DNA from: Selaginella moellendorffii
Taxonomy: Eukaryota > Plantae > Lycopodiophyta
DNA: 64,000 bases
Direction of reading: 5' to 3'
NCBI RefSeq assembly: GCF_000143415.4
Contig: NW_003314334.1
Location: 814,108 to 878,107 of the forward strand
Below, piece after piece: positions 1 through 11,928 of this stretch (the first letter of the stretch is position 1; every line of letters begins with the position of its first letter). Made by a program: the position numbers and the translations under genes. The notes under the pieces were generated by a model. It was not told the origin of the DNA and searched no databases. It saw only the letters and a list, made by a program, of their open reading frames with translations.

Positions 1-189
1 GAAACAAGTACCGGCAGCTTTTCCCATAAAGCCCGGATGGGAGATGCATGGCTTCGCCACAGAAAGTCTCCCCTCAAGCCCGGCGTCTACCTCTTCTCGC
101 TGCTCCGGAGGCCAATGTGGTACATCGGTCTCTTGTCCGAGACCTGGAATTGCATCACCACGAACTTTGTTTTCGACGTCAGTGGTCCT

Positions 190-660
190 CTATGCGCCTT
201 GCAAACTTCCCAATGAACATTTCCCAAGCTTGAGGTCATCGCTTCCCTTTACTTGCATTGTTTCCGCTGATCGGGGGTTGGCATACCACTCTGGGGTGGC
301 TCCGGCCCTCGTTGTCTCCTTTGGTGGCCCTTGCCTCCATCGGCCGGAAAGACGAGCTTCCCACTCGTGGAACTTGAGATCCGTGTTTAATGCTAATGCC
401 ATCGCTTGCTGGACCGAGCGAGGAGATAGCTGAGCTATTTCGGTTGCCATTGCGATGCTAGGTAACGTTGCATCAAAGCATCCTCCGGGATGTTGGTCAC
501 CTCGTATCTCGCCTTAAGCCACGTCTCGTTGAATTCCTGAGCGTCTGGGACTTAAATCTGTACACCATTCCGCAGAGTTTGTTGAAGGGAAGCTCTCCCA
601 CGGACTTGATGATAATGCTCCCGAATCCTTTGCTTGAACTCCTCCCAACTGGAAGCCTGG
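190..660 (-). mobile_element. Degenerate Ty3/gypsy-like Gag fragment
   Basis: Minus frame reads ASSWEEFKQRIREHYHQ..LQQTLRN..*..QEFNETWLKARYEVTNIPEDALMQRYL, resembling a retrotransposon-Gag (WEEFK..F/Y) motif. It has a stop and a frameshift, and no LTR is visible in the window. Confidence 0.5.
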
Positions 661-1554
661 TTTTACAGTCTCGATCGAGATGGGACTCGGTCTTGTCATC
701 ATAGCTCAGCTACATAGAAAATATTTAGTTTACCAGCATAACAAAGAAAAGAAAAGAGAACTTGATATACCACTACTGTATTCTCTTTAAGTGCAGCATC
801 CATCTCAAAAACGTGTAGCTTGACAATTGGGATTGTTATCATGCTTTGTGTGCCACCTCCAGACTTGCAATCGTGGAGGGTGCTCCCATTCATGTGCAGT
901 CCAGTTAACACTTTGCATGTGACACATGTCACAGCACTTTTTTCTTTCGCCTCAGGCAAATGGCCACCTCCAGAGCAAACATCAACACGATTATTGCTAA
1001 GATGTGGTTAAAAAAATAACCTTTTTACAATTAACCCCCATCAGACGGCTGCAATTGACTGGATCTGGTGGCACTCCTACAGTTCCTTTTCATGTTATTT
1101 AAATAACCTATATAGGATTACTTATTAGGGCTTGACAGCTTGGGTATGGAGATTACTAGTAGGAGCATTCCATTGTGGTGGTTCTTCTTACCTGTTTCAA
1201 TTATCATGACCTGGGCAATTAGTTTCTATGTCTTCACCATCTATATCACATTTTACTCTGCCATAAGATATTGGCAACTTGTTTGCTTCACTTGTCATTT
1301 TTATCAGTAGGGTGTGGTTTTTGCTGTGCTTGTCTTCCAGAGCTTCTTTTTTTACCTTTTCTCTTCCCTGGGATTACTGGGGTTCCCAGTCTTTTCCCAA
1401 GGAAACTATCTGTTTTCCTGCTCCCTCAGGGCAACTTCTATTCTTCAGGTGGCTATATTATTGGAGGTAATATTAGAACAGTTGTGTAAAATACTATTGC
1501 TAAACTGATTTTACAGTTATTATTGGAATCGCTACTCTCTTCCACTACAGGTGC

Positions 1555-2015
1555 TTGGTTAGTATTTTTATTGGAGCAGCTAGTGCATTAGCCAGCACAT
1601 ATGTCTCAAATCGCTCCTGGTTTATTATTTGGCAAGTTTTTTCTGCAATAGCACATTCTTGTGCAGGAACATCAGCTGTAATGAGATGGTTCATAGAAAC
1701 ACCCTGTTTTATTAGTTGGAAAAGATGGTTTTTGTCCAAATCATGGATTTGCCGACTGTCAGAGGGAAGATGACAACGTTATATGTGAAGTAATTGGTAC
1801 ATATCCTATAGGTTCTCTTTGTGTGCCAGGTTGCATACCTATCACTTTTATGTGTAGACATTATATCCAGACTGGAGGTGGGGAAATAGGATGGTGTGTG
1901 TCATGGACTCTATTGTTGTTGTGGTGTTAGTGGGGGAAATGTTAGGACGAGTTTTGATGAACAAAAGAAACAGTGGGAGAGTAGCAAATGCTTCCAATTA
2001 AATGTGTAATATTAA
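1555..2015. repeat. Unknown degenerate sequence, copy 1 of a dispersed direct duplication (copy 2 at about 2700-3058)
   Basis: Shared collinear blocks (agtatttttattggag, cacatatgtctcaaat, gcacattcttgtg, tatatgtgaagt, ggaaataggatggt, gttagtgggggaaat, gagagtagcaaatg). Copy 2 lacks many short segments. Confidence 0.75.
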
Positions 2016-2488
2016 AGTGATCAAGAGAACTTTGGGCTGGTTGAAACTAGAATTCATGTGCTGCCACAGATAATGCAAGTATTCAGAGAGTGGGTTTTTT
2101 TGGTTTGCTTAAGCAAACCTATAGGGGGACTGGGATGGTATTGGATATACCTAGAATATGCTTGGATATTCTAGGATATTCTACCATCTAACGGTTGTTA
2201 TTCATTTAGATTAATTTTGTATTTATAATTTATAAATTTTCTTAAACCTTTTCTAGTATATTCTTTTTAATTCTACCATCTAATGGTTGATATGCAATAA
2301 AATTAATCTTGTATATATGAATTACAAACATGCTTATAATTATAAACTTTATTTGATCAATTGGATTAATAAGTAATAATAACACTAGTATTAAGCAAAC
2401 CAAGTGTTACTATATGCAATGCGTAGCAATTTATTTAATATATAGCAGCATAGACTTCTGCAGTGACATTACGACTTTGCCAGTCATA

Positions 2489-2632
<144 letters not shown>

Positions 2633-3424
2633 CGGAATATCAACTTAAGACTGTTTCATCATGCTAATGTGTTTTTCCAATTATTATTAGAGTTATTTAT
2701 GCTGGTCAGTATTTTTATTGGAGTACATATGTCTCAAATATGGTTTATCATTTTGTCTGCAACAGCACATTCTTGTGAAGGAAGATCACCCATAATGAGG
2801 TGGTTCATAAAAACACCTTGTTTTCTTTTTCCAAATCATAGGGTTGCAAGTGCCCAGGTGATCACAACAATATATGTGAAGTGATTGGTGGATATCCTAT
2901 GGTTTCCTTAGGCTAGCCAGGTTTTGTGTAGACGTCGAGGGAAATAGGATGGTCTGCGTTGTGGACTCTATTGCTATTATGGTGTTAGTGGGGGAAATAC
3001 AGGTTCTAATGAACAAAAGATATGCGAGAGTAGCAAATGTTTGCAATTAAGAAATATCGAAGTATTGCAATCCAAATGAGCAATTGAACGAATTAAGCAC
3101 GTTGAGCTACAATGTTCCCGATCACACTTTCCTGACAAGCGGGGGATAGTTGTCCGCGTCACACTATACTACAACTTAAGTAAAAGAAGGAATAAACTTG
3201 TGCCAACGATTAGCACCGATTATCAGCAAACTATTGTTTGAAAAAAGCTCTAGAAACTGTCCAAGTGTCGCTTTGAGGATCCATAAACACAGAATTTTGG
3301 TCCTGAACAAGCGAATCGATTTGCTTTCTGAGGGTAAACTTAAGAAAGTGCGGACTGAAGAACGCACCGCTTATAGGTCCCTCAAAAGAAAAAGAGAAAA
3401 AAGGCATTTGAAACACATAAAATC

Positions 3425-3922
3425 TTACGGGTGTGGAAGCTTGACAATAAGCACAGGGCATTCAGCATGCTGTGCAGCATAGTCACTCACGCTTCCCAGG
3501 AANNNNNNNNNNNNNNNNNNNNNNNNNNNNNNNNNNNNNNNNNNNNNNNNNNNNNNNNNNNNNNNNNNNNNNNNNNNNNNNNNNNNNNNNNNNNNNNNNN
3601 NNAAAGCTTGTCACAAAGTACCTTATGCCCATCCACAATTTCCTTCATGTTGGAGAGAATACCACGAGCTCGCTCTTCAAACTTCTGATTCATTTCGGCA
3701 ACCCAATCCGGTGTTCCATAAAATCCCTCAACTAGAATAGAAGACAACGAAGATCATATCACAAGAACAAAAGAAAAAAAGAAACTCCCTACCATCTACC
3801 TCCGAGCGAACATGAACTAGAGTGATCGCATCGTCGCTTGAAGCCAAGTTCTCCAGGGTGAACTTGACAGCATAGGCACTCGATTCAGAGTCGTCCACCG
3901 CGATCATCAACGCTTTCCCCAT
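3425..3922 (-). CDS. Universal stress protein A-like (USP) gene, multi-exon, spans the assembly gap
   Basis: Exon 1 MGKALMIAVDDSESSAYAVKF..ITLVHV; exon 2 EGFYGTPDWVAEMNQKFEERARGIL; beyond the gap FLGSVSDYAAQHAECPVLIVKLPHP* (TAA 3425-3427), the canonical USP C-terminus. Confidence 0.9.
3503..3602. other. Assembly gap (100 N)
   Basis: Run of 100 n. Confidence 1.
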
Positions 3923-4058
3923 AACCCTACCTCTGACGCTACAGTAAGCACAGAAAAGAAATTATATATCAGCAATGTCCTGCGAGAGTAATCTAGTCAG
4001 TCTTTTTTGCGACCAGGAACAATGCTTTACCTTGTAAAATCTTAGCAGGATTTGTGCG

Positions 4059-5175
4059 CTAAACGGTAAATCGCCACAAATCTACAGCGATGTCCAGCTC
4101 TTGTTTCTTGTGGAATTTGTACAAAGATTTCAAGTCAAATCTCAACTGCAACAAAGAACTAGTCATCAGAACTAGGTGAATGCACTGAAATAACTCTACC
4201 TCGAACAAGACTTCTGCAGTTTTAGCCCCGAGGTCCTGCAGAGCTGCTCGTTTCACATGCTGCCACCAGGAAAGTCATTTCAGTATTCGTCAAAACTTGG
4301 GTTTGAAGAACCTGTCTTGTAGAGCTTTTGTGTAAAGAGTAGATGGCAGTCCGTGCGATCTGAAACAACATATAGCATCACAACCGAGGAAAAAAGGAGC
4401 TCACAGTACCTTCAGAGCTACAGACAAGAACTCCATGTCAGCTCCCTTCCTTCTAGTGCCAAACGGAGGATTCATTACGACTGTGTCTACACTGATTCCT
4501 GTAATGAGAAGTGTAACATCTATATGACGTCGGTAAGCACTTACGCGTCAAACCAAGACTCTTGACATCACACTGCACGAAATCCATGTCGATCTGATCG
4601 AAGAAAAAAGAGCCACGAGTTACTTACAAAATTAAAAAAAGAAAAGGTGCAGAAGAATAACAAGAAAAAAGAAAGAAGACCAAGAACTAGTTGTGAAGTT
4701 ACGAAGTTACAAGCTTACATACCTCAAGGTCCCGGCAGTTTTCTTGGGCAGTGTCTAAAGCCGCGAGGTCTTGATCGAAACCAATCACGTAACTACAGAA
4801 AGAAGAAAAGAAAACGTCCAGGAAAGAAACGAGAAAAGAAATGTGTACCTCGCCCCGAGCAAAGACGCAGCCACACCGAGCGTTCCACAGCCACAGCCAA
4901 GATCAGCGATGGATTTCCCACAAATATCACCAAAGTTGGATTCAGCCTGGCAAAAGAAGGAATTCGTCACGCTCACGGAGGAAAAAAGGATTTGAGAGAC
5001 CATGTACATCATCCGAGAAGCGATGTGCGCGCCAGTCGGGTATTGCTCCAGCTCGATCTGCGCGACCAGAATCCAGATTCGAGTGAGCGCATTGAGCGCC
5101 GCAAGAGCGCCATACCTTTGGAGACTGGAACTGGACGAGATGGCCGAGCTCGCTCTCTAGCTGCTTGAGCTTCAT
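4059..5175 (-). CDS. METTL5: METTL5-like rRNA N6-adenosine methyltransferase, multi-exon
   Basis: MKLKQLESELGHLVQFQSPK, LEQYPTGAHIASRM, SAM motif ADLGCGCGTLG, catalytic VVMNPPFG, YSLHKSSTR, C-terminal YKFHKKQELDIAVDLWRF; several short GT-AG introns. Confidence 0.93.
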
Positions 5176-5493
5176 CTGCGCGGCGGTAAACCCTAACCCT
5201 AGAAAAAGTTTCGCGCGCATTTTGGATTTTAAATTTGGGGCAAAAAAGTGAAAGATCGGCACGGCGAGCCAGTCGCTTCCATTGCCGGATTCCACCAGGT
5301 GCTTGGTCAATTTGGCCTATTTCCAGCGAAATTTTGCTGCTAGAGACAATCCAAACCATCTGAGCGCTCTGATTTGAATGCGCTGGGCCATGGATCGTTG
5401 AAAAGCTCCAAGCAAAATTCCATCGCTTTCCACTCTAGAGCTGGTGAATGCCGCCAGGAATTCCTAAGAGAACAGTGGAATCGATCGCTAAAT

Positions 5494-5519
5494 AGAGAGA
5501 GAGAGAGAGAGAGAGAGAG
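5494..5519. repeat. Short (AG)n run in the divergent METTL5/WD40 promoter
   Basis: About 13 AG units; telo-box-like AAACCCTAA at about 5188 and TTTGGCGC at about 5590 nearby. Confidence 0.85.
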
Positions 5520-5704
5520 GATTAAAGACGAGATAAATCGCTTTCTTTTAAGCAAATCACAGCTCGGCCTTGTCGGTGACGTGCGGTTGTTTGGCGCCAC
5601 GTCAAGGCCCCTGGACCGTAGTTAACGCCTAAACTACCGTGGTTAGGTTAGGTTTCTAGGACGGAGAAGACGATGGCGATGGCACGCCGGTAGATGCAGC
5701 AGCT

Positions 5705-8552
5705 ATGGCGGAGGGAGAAGCTCCGGACGCCGCGAGCTCCGACGGCGAGGGGCAGGAGGAGGAATTCTTCGAGACTCTCGAAGAAATCGCGACCACCTCG
5801 GGCTCCGATAGCGGTGGCAGCAGCGATGGTGAGCGTCTTGCTAGATTCAAGCTGCGGCAGCGCGGCAAGCGCCAGGATTTCGCCGCATTCCCTTCCGGCG
5901 ACTCGAAATATGCGGTGTGGAGGAGCGATCCGGCCAGCGTCGGGGAGCGTAGGGTGAGATTGCTCCAGAGAATGGGGCTGGAGGATTTCTTTGGCAGCAG
6001 GGAGCCCTCTTTCCTCACCTCCAGCCATTCCTTCCCTCCGTCGACAGCCTCCACGCCTCGGGTCTTCCGCAGCATCTCGGATCCCCTCTCGGGAGGAGAG
6101 CATTTGAGGGGAGAGTCCGTGGATCTGGATCGTCTTCGCTCTAGCGACGGCTACGAGAGCTCCAGGGACGAAGATGCCAGAAATGGGGATTTGGTCAGCC
6201 CCGGCAGCCCAATTCTCGCGGATGGAAGGTCTACCGACGCCAATGTAGATGGTCAAAGCTATACCAACAGCAGTGGCAGGGAGTTCGTGTATAGGATAAA
6301 GGATCTGGACAGCGGCAAGGAGTTTATAGTCGAGGAGCTCGGATCGGATGGGTCGTGGAACAGAGTTAGAGAGGTTGGGACGGGGAGGGAGCTGTCGCGA
6401 GAGGAGTTTGATAGTTCTCTGGGACTCTCTCCAATTGTACAGGAAATGAGGAGGGTCGACAGGGAGAACAGGAAAAAACCAGGGACTTCTTCGTCTTCTT
6501 CATCGTCTTCTTCGTATTTGCCGCTGAATGGGAAGCCCAAGAAGAAGAGATGGTTTAGCGGTTTCATGAGGCGGTCAAGCACTCCCAGTGCTGCAGCAGA
6601 GAAAGACGACGTGTCCACTACTCAGCCAAGGTCTGATGCGAGAAGACCATGGAAAATGCAGAGAATTAAGGTGCGCGTGTGCAAGAAAGCTGTAAGAGAG
6701 TTGGCGGAATTGTACATGGGACAGGAGATTCATGCTCACCAAGGTCCGATTTGGGCTCTCAAGTTCAGTACCGGCGGACGGTACCTCGCAAGTGGCGGGC
6801 AGGACTGCGTTGTCCGGGTGTGGAAGATTGTTTTATCGAGCAATCAAGTCGCCGCTAGCGCAGCGGATGGGGGGACTCACGAGGTTAGGAAGCCACCACA
6901 TCAGAAAAAGCGAGGCTCGTCAAAGACGAGCGACGATAAAGCTGGCTTGAAAGCTTTCGGGCTCGACGGTGAGCCGCTGTGCAGTCTCCATGGCCACACA
7001 GAAGATATTTTGGATTTGTCGTGGTCGTCTTCCAAGGTACCCCTGGTTCTCTTTATCTTTAGCTGCCTAACCTCTGGTTTTCTTTTCTTTTCTTTGGTTT
7101 CAGCTTCTCTTGTTGTCGTCCTCCATGGACAAGACCGTGAGACTGTGGGACGTCCGGAACCAAACGTGCCTACACGTCTTCTTGCACAAGGACTATGGTA
7201 AGGACCGAGTTGCTTGCAAACGCTTGCATTTATCTCTTTTTTTTTCCTTAAAATGCTTGCCGGCATACTGAGAATTAGTGACTTGTAATCACGCTATAGC
7301 CTTTCGTTTTGTTTTGCGAGGTAGTGACATGCATTGCCTTCAATCCCGTCGATGATACCTGTTTCCTCAGTGGTTCACTGGACGGAAAGGCGCGCATATG
7401 GAGCATCATAGAGCATCAAGTCATCGATTGGACAGACTTGCGTGACATAGTAACGGCGGCATCTTACACTCCAGATGGCACGGTATTCTTTTCACACCTC
7501 GGGTTTTCTATGAGTCGGCGTGCTAACGAATCTTCCCATGTAGTGCGCGATGATAGGCCTGTACAAAGGAACTTGCCGGTTCTACGATACCAGTGGTCCG
7601 TATTTTACTCGTAGTCGGTTCCAGTGTCGGTTTTTTAAAGCTCTCCTTTTCGTTTCAGGCAACAAACTGCAGCTCTACGCGAACGTGGATGTGGTGAATA
7701 AGAAGGGAAAGAATTTCCGTGGCAAGAAGATCACTGGCATTCAGGTTCGGTAAAGAATGAAATCTTAAATAAGAGCCCAACAGTTCTGATCCGTTCTTTG
7801 CATTTCCACAGTGTATGCCAGGAAATCCGTCTAAAATACTCATCACCTCAAACGATTCCCAAATCCGTCTGTATGACAACACGGACCTCGTCGCGAGATT
7901 TAAAGGTGCGTCATAGGAAAGCAAAAGAGATTCAACACCTGTTGATTGACACGGTCTTATGTTTTGTTTATTCTTCCAAGGATTCCGCAACATGAGCAGT
8001 CAAATCTCTGCGTCATTCAACCGAAACGGCAGCTTTATCATCAGCGCCAGTGAAGATTCACATGTCTACCTGTGGAACGTGACACCTCCCACCTCCACTT
8101 GTAGGGGCCAGCTCAAGATCAGCGAGAAGTCGTGCGAGAGCTTCTTCTCGGACAGCGTCACGGTTGCGGTCCCCTGGTCGACGGAGAGCGAAGGCAAGAA
8201 CGCGAGCGATCGCCGGGGTGCTCTAGACGGCATCTTCCAGTTGCTCAAGCAGAGCAGCTTCCCGGGGCCGTGCTTCGAGTGCCTCACCTCGACGGTGTTC
8301 CCGGTCGCCGACGATGGCTCCACCAGGTTGATGGACTCGGCAACGCTGGCGTCCAACCAGGAAGGTGGCGAGGATGGTCACTCGGCGGTGGTAAGCGCGG
8401 CCACCGGGGCCGAGGAGAGGAGCGATGTGACGAGCGTCGACGAGGAGGGGGCCGATTTCTCGTCCGCGGGGCTGGGGCTGGTCATAGTGACGGCGAGCTT
8501 GACAGGAGAGATCCGGACGTTTCAAAACTACGTGAAGGAGGCCGCGGCGTGA
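5705..8552 (+). CDS. WD40-repeat protein, WDR44-like
   Basis: [135 protein letters not shown]; GT-AG introns. Confidence 0.92.
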
Positions 8553-9149
8553 GGAAGAAAAAGAATTTTGGTCGAGCTCGGATGATGGGAACGAGATGAG
8601 CTTCTTCTTCTTCTTCGTCTTCCTCGGCCGGATGGACGAGAGCGAGAAACGAGAGAGAGCGAGAGAGAGAGAGGGAGAGCGTCGAGACAGTCTTGCCAAT
8701 CTTGCGAGACTATAAATCGCCAAAGATTCTATACGTTGTAAAGGTTTTATTTCTCTAAACAGCTTATGCTCAGTTTTGATAGATTAGCATATCCTAGTAT
8801 ATCTGACCTGTTATTAATTAACAAGCTATTGTTTATCACGTTTAGTAATTGGCAATGCAAGATTCCTGATTACTCTTCATTTCCGGCAGTTTTCATTTGT
8901 TGACCTGATGAAAACTTGATATAACCGCAATGCGTACGTTGCAATACGTTTTTGCAAAGCCCACATTGTTGTGTAAACACTATGATTTAAACAAGTCGAG
9001 ATCAACACGTACTGGTCTTTAATCGAGACACTTCTATAAAGGATTAACACTTCTATAAAGGGTCAGAGCATACGGAAAGAAAATAACACAATTTCCACCT
9101 TGCAGTCGAGTTGCGCCTTTATTTCGTTGACATCCTTTGCATTTTCTCT

Positions 9150-10249
9150 AGAAGTGGACGTGGCCGATCACTTAATAATCACCACGAATTTCAGAGCAAG
9201 TACACAATAGAATTGACGCACACACCTTTGTCCAGGGTACTGGTTCGTTGTCACATCTGACGAACAAGTAATAAGCACACTGATGCCCAAAGAGTGAACA
9301 GGATTCTTACCTTAAAGACCAATCTTTTGCCAGCATCTCTCAATTCTGTACAGTTGAAGCCCGCCTTCTTGAGGTGCGTAAGCAGAACGAACGTCTTTTG
9401 ACGACCTGCAAAACGCATTAACTCACTGCACAACACTTATTGGATAGCCTTTCAAGCAACCAACGGAGACAGCTTTGTCCGATTTCGAAAACACTTGACA
9501 TCGAACAAGTGTTTTCGAAATCAAAACAAAGCTCTCAGATCCGTTAGCTGGCTGATCATTTGTTCTTTTGTTCCCACTTCAATCTCGGCCACCACTGCAT
9601 CGAAAATGAAAGCGTCAATAAAAATGCAAACAGATCAATCTCACCTCCCGGTGTAAAGAAACCATTCTCATTCTCCATGGTCCTTATCGTCCTCGTAACC
9701 ACTTGACATGACTAAGTACTGATTGGGGCACCTTCGTCACTCTCCGCTCAGGTTGGCCAGTACCACTTCGGTTCTCTACGCTGTGATTTCTCCAAAGTGG
9801 TTCTGGCCAACTCGGGTTTTTTCGCTCTCTCGCTCTTGAAAGCCTTGTCAGGCCCGGTTCTGGTTTTGAAGGACATGGACGGCCTGGTGTAGTAGCTCCA
9901 ATCTTCGCAATTCCAATGGCTGGTACGTGTATCCATCAAAGTTTTATACAGCAGCCAAACATCAACCCCCTTCTCAGGGGTTGATCTTCGGCTGCTGTAT
10001 GAAACTTTGATGGAAGTTCACGCGGCATTTTCCACATTTCGGGCGAACCACTTCTTCAGCGGAGTCTACAGAAGAAAGAAAACGGAGATACTCACGAAAA
10101 GGAAGAAAGAAAGGAAAAAAGCTTGCTCATACCGTCACTGGGCGATCGAGCGCACCCTGGCAAAACACGCAAATGAGCTCGTCCTCATCGTCCTAGCAAG
10201 AACAGCCCCATTGATCTTCCGCTGCACTGCCCGGAGTAACATCCGCCAT
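9150..10249 (-). pseudogene. VIM/ORTHRUS (UHRF1-like RING + SRA) pseudogene
   Basis: Fragments in shifting frames: ELICVFCQGALDRPVT/TP (RING, core deleted), QPKIN, PDKAFKSERAKK, SGYEDDKDHGE, WFLYTG/SGGRD*SGNKRTN, GYPISVV, RSAYAP, YRIERCW, CDNEPVPWT, DRPRPL. In-frame TAG at 10193-10195. Confidence 0.85.
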
Positions 10250-10447
10250 AGCGCCTTCAAGCATGCATGGCAAGTGCCACAGCTGCCGCAAGGTTCCTCG
10301 CCTCGACCTCTTCCGAAGTAAAAGACAACGCTAACGCGCGCTGGAATCGCCGACGTAGAGATAGTGACGATGGATATATATTCCTAGATTCGGTGCTTAT
10401 TATCATAGCAAACTTTATTGTTGTAATTGATACGCGTTCCTTCCAAT

Positions 10448-11731
10448 TCAATTATTCTCTGGCTTTCCGCTCGGCCAAGTTTTGTTCTTCACTGGAGCGA
10501 GGATCTCCTTCACTTCGTCCAGAAGCTTTTGATCCACGCTCTCCAGCTCTTCCGCCGCTTTGACGTTGTCGTGGACTTGCTGGCTAGAACACATTCCAAC
10601 CAGCGTGGTGGCAATGTCTGGATTCGAGAGCGAGAACTTCAATGCTATCTCAGAGATGTTGTGACCCTTGAGTTTGCAGTGAGTAGCAGCCTTGGCGCAG
10701 GCTTCCTACAAAGAAAAACAAATCGAAAAGTTTCTTCAATGCTCCAACAAGAACTTGTAACTCTAGAGTACCTTGATTTCTATCTGCGCTGGATGCCACA
10801 CTGGAGGACCGGACTCCGTGAGCAGTCCCATGGCGAGTGGCGAAGCAGTGATGATCCCGACTCCCTTGTCCTTGAGGTACGGAACTAGACCCTCGAGCGA
10901 AGAGTCGTTGAGGGAATAGTGACAATATGATAAAACAACGTCGATTGTTCCAGGCTCGACTCTGTCCAAAACGTAGCGAAAGATGGCCAGTGGAAGCCCG
11001 GTGATTCCAATGAAGCGGACTTTTCCTTGTCGTTTCAAGCCAAGTAGCGCTGGGATTGTCTCGGATATCACCTGTGTAGAGTTTTATCGTTCCAGATCAA
11101 ACTTTACAAAAAGAAAAAGAAAAAAGAAAAAGAGAAAGGTATCTTACTTGATCGAGGGAGCCGAATTCGATGTCATGGCACTGGATGATGTCAATGTAGT
11201 CGAGATTTAATCGCTCCAAGCTCTCGTCGACGCTCTTGAGCACTCGCTGCGCGTTAAAGTCGAAGCCATCTCCATATCTTCCACACTTTGTGGAGAGGAT
11301 AAACTTCTCCCTGGGAATCGCCTTGAGAGCTTTTCCCAAGTTCTTCTCCGCGAGAGTATTGCCGTAGTACCTAAAGCAAAGAAAAAAAAAGAGACTCAAT
11401 CCTCTATCCATGCATGCTCGAGAATTTCTCCAAAAGGAAAGCCATGCAACGAAAATCCAATTGTATGACAAAGCTTCTTTTGGTGGAGGAAATTCACGAT
11501 CTATTCCACCGCAACAAGATCACGCAGCCAAACAGAAGAAGAATCGAATGGACTCGCAGAGAAAACTTACGGAGAAACGTCAAAGAAATTGACGCCCAGA
11601 CGAATCGCCTCGTGAACACATTCCACCGCCGATTCCTCGCTGACCGGCCCAAACACACTCCCCAGCGGCGATCCCCCAAATCCCAAAACGCTCACTTCCA
11701 GCCCCGTGCTCCCCAATTTCCTATACTTCAT
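10448..11731 (-). CDS. GalDH: L-galactose dehydrogenase (aldo-keto reductase, ascorbate biosynthesis), 4 exons
   Basis: MKYRKLGSTGLEVSVLGFGGSPLGSVFG, NFFDVSP/YYG, STKCGRY, IIQCHDIEFGSLDQ, IGITGLPL, LSYCHY, ASPLAMGLLTE, KNKTWPSG. Confidence 0.95.
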
Positions 11732-11928
11732 CGCTTCTATAAACCCTAAAACCCCCTTCCTTTATATTAAAAGCTACTACCTTTATCTTAGCAAACCTTT
11801 AAAGGCAAAATAGAATTTACCAGCATATTCTCTAGGTTTAACTTTCTTTAACCTTGTTTAATTAATATATAAGGTTTAAAGTTATATTAGACTAACTTAA
11901 CTAGAATATACAAGCATATTCGGCAGAT

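Noticed and set aside
700-1540. Cys-rich minus-strand fragments (possible PHD or zinc-finger relic)
   Set aside because: No complete ligand pattern in any frame.
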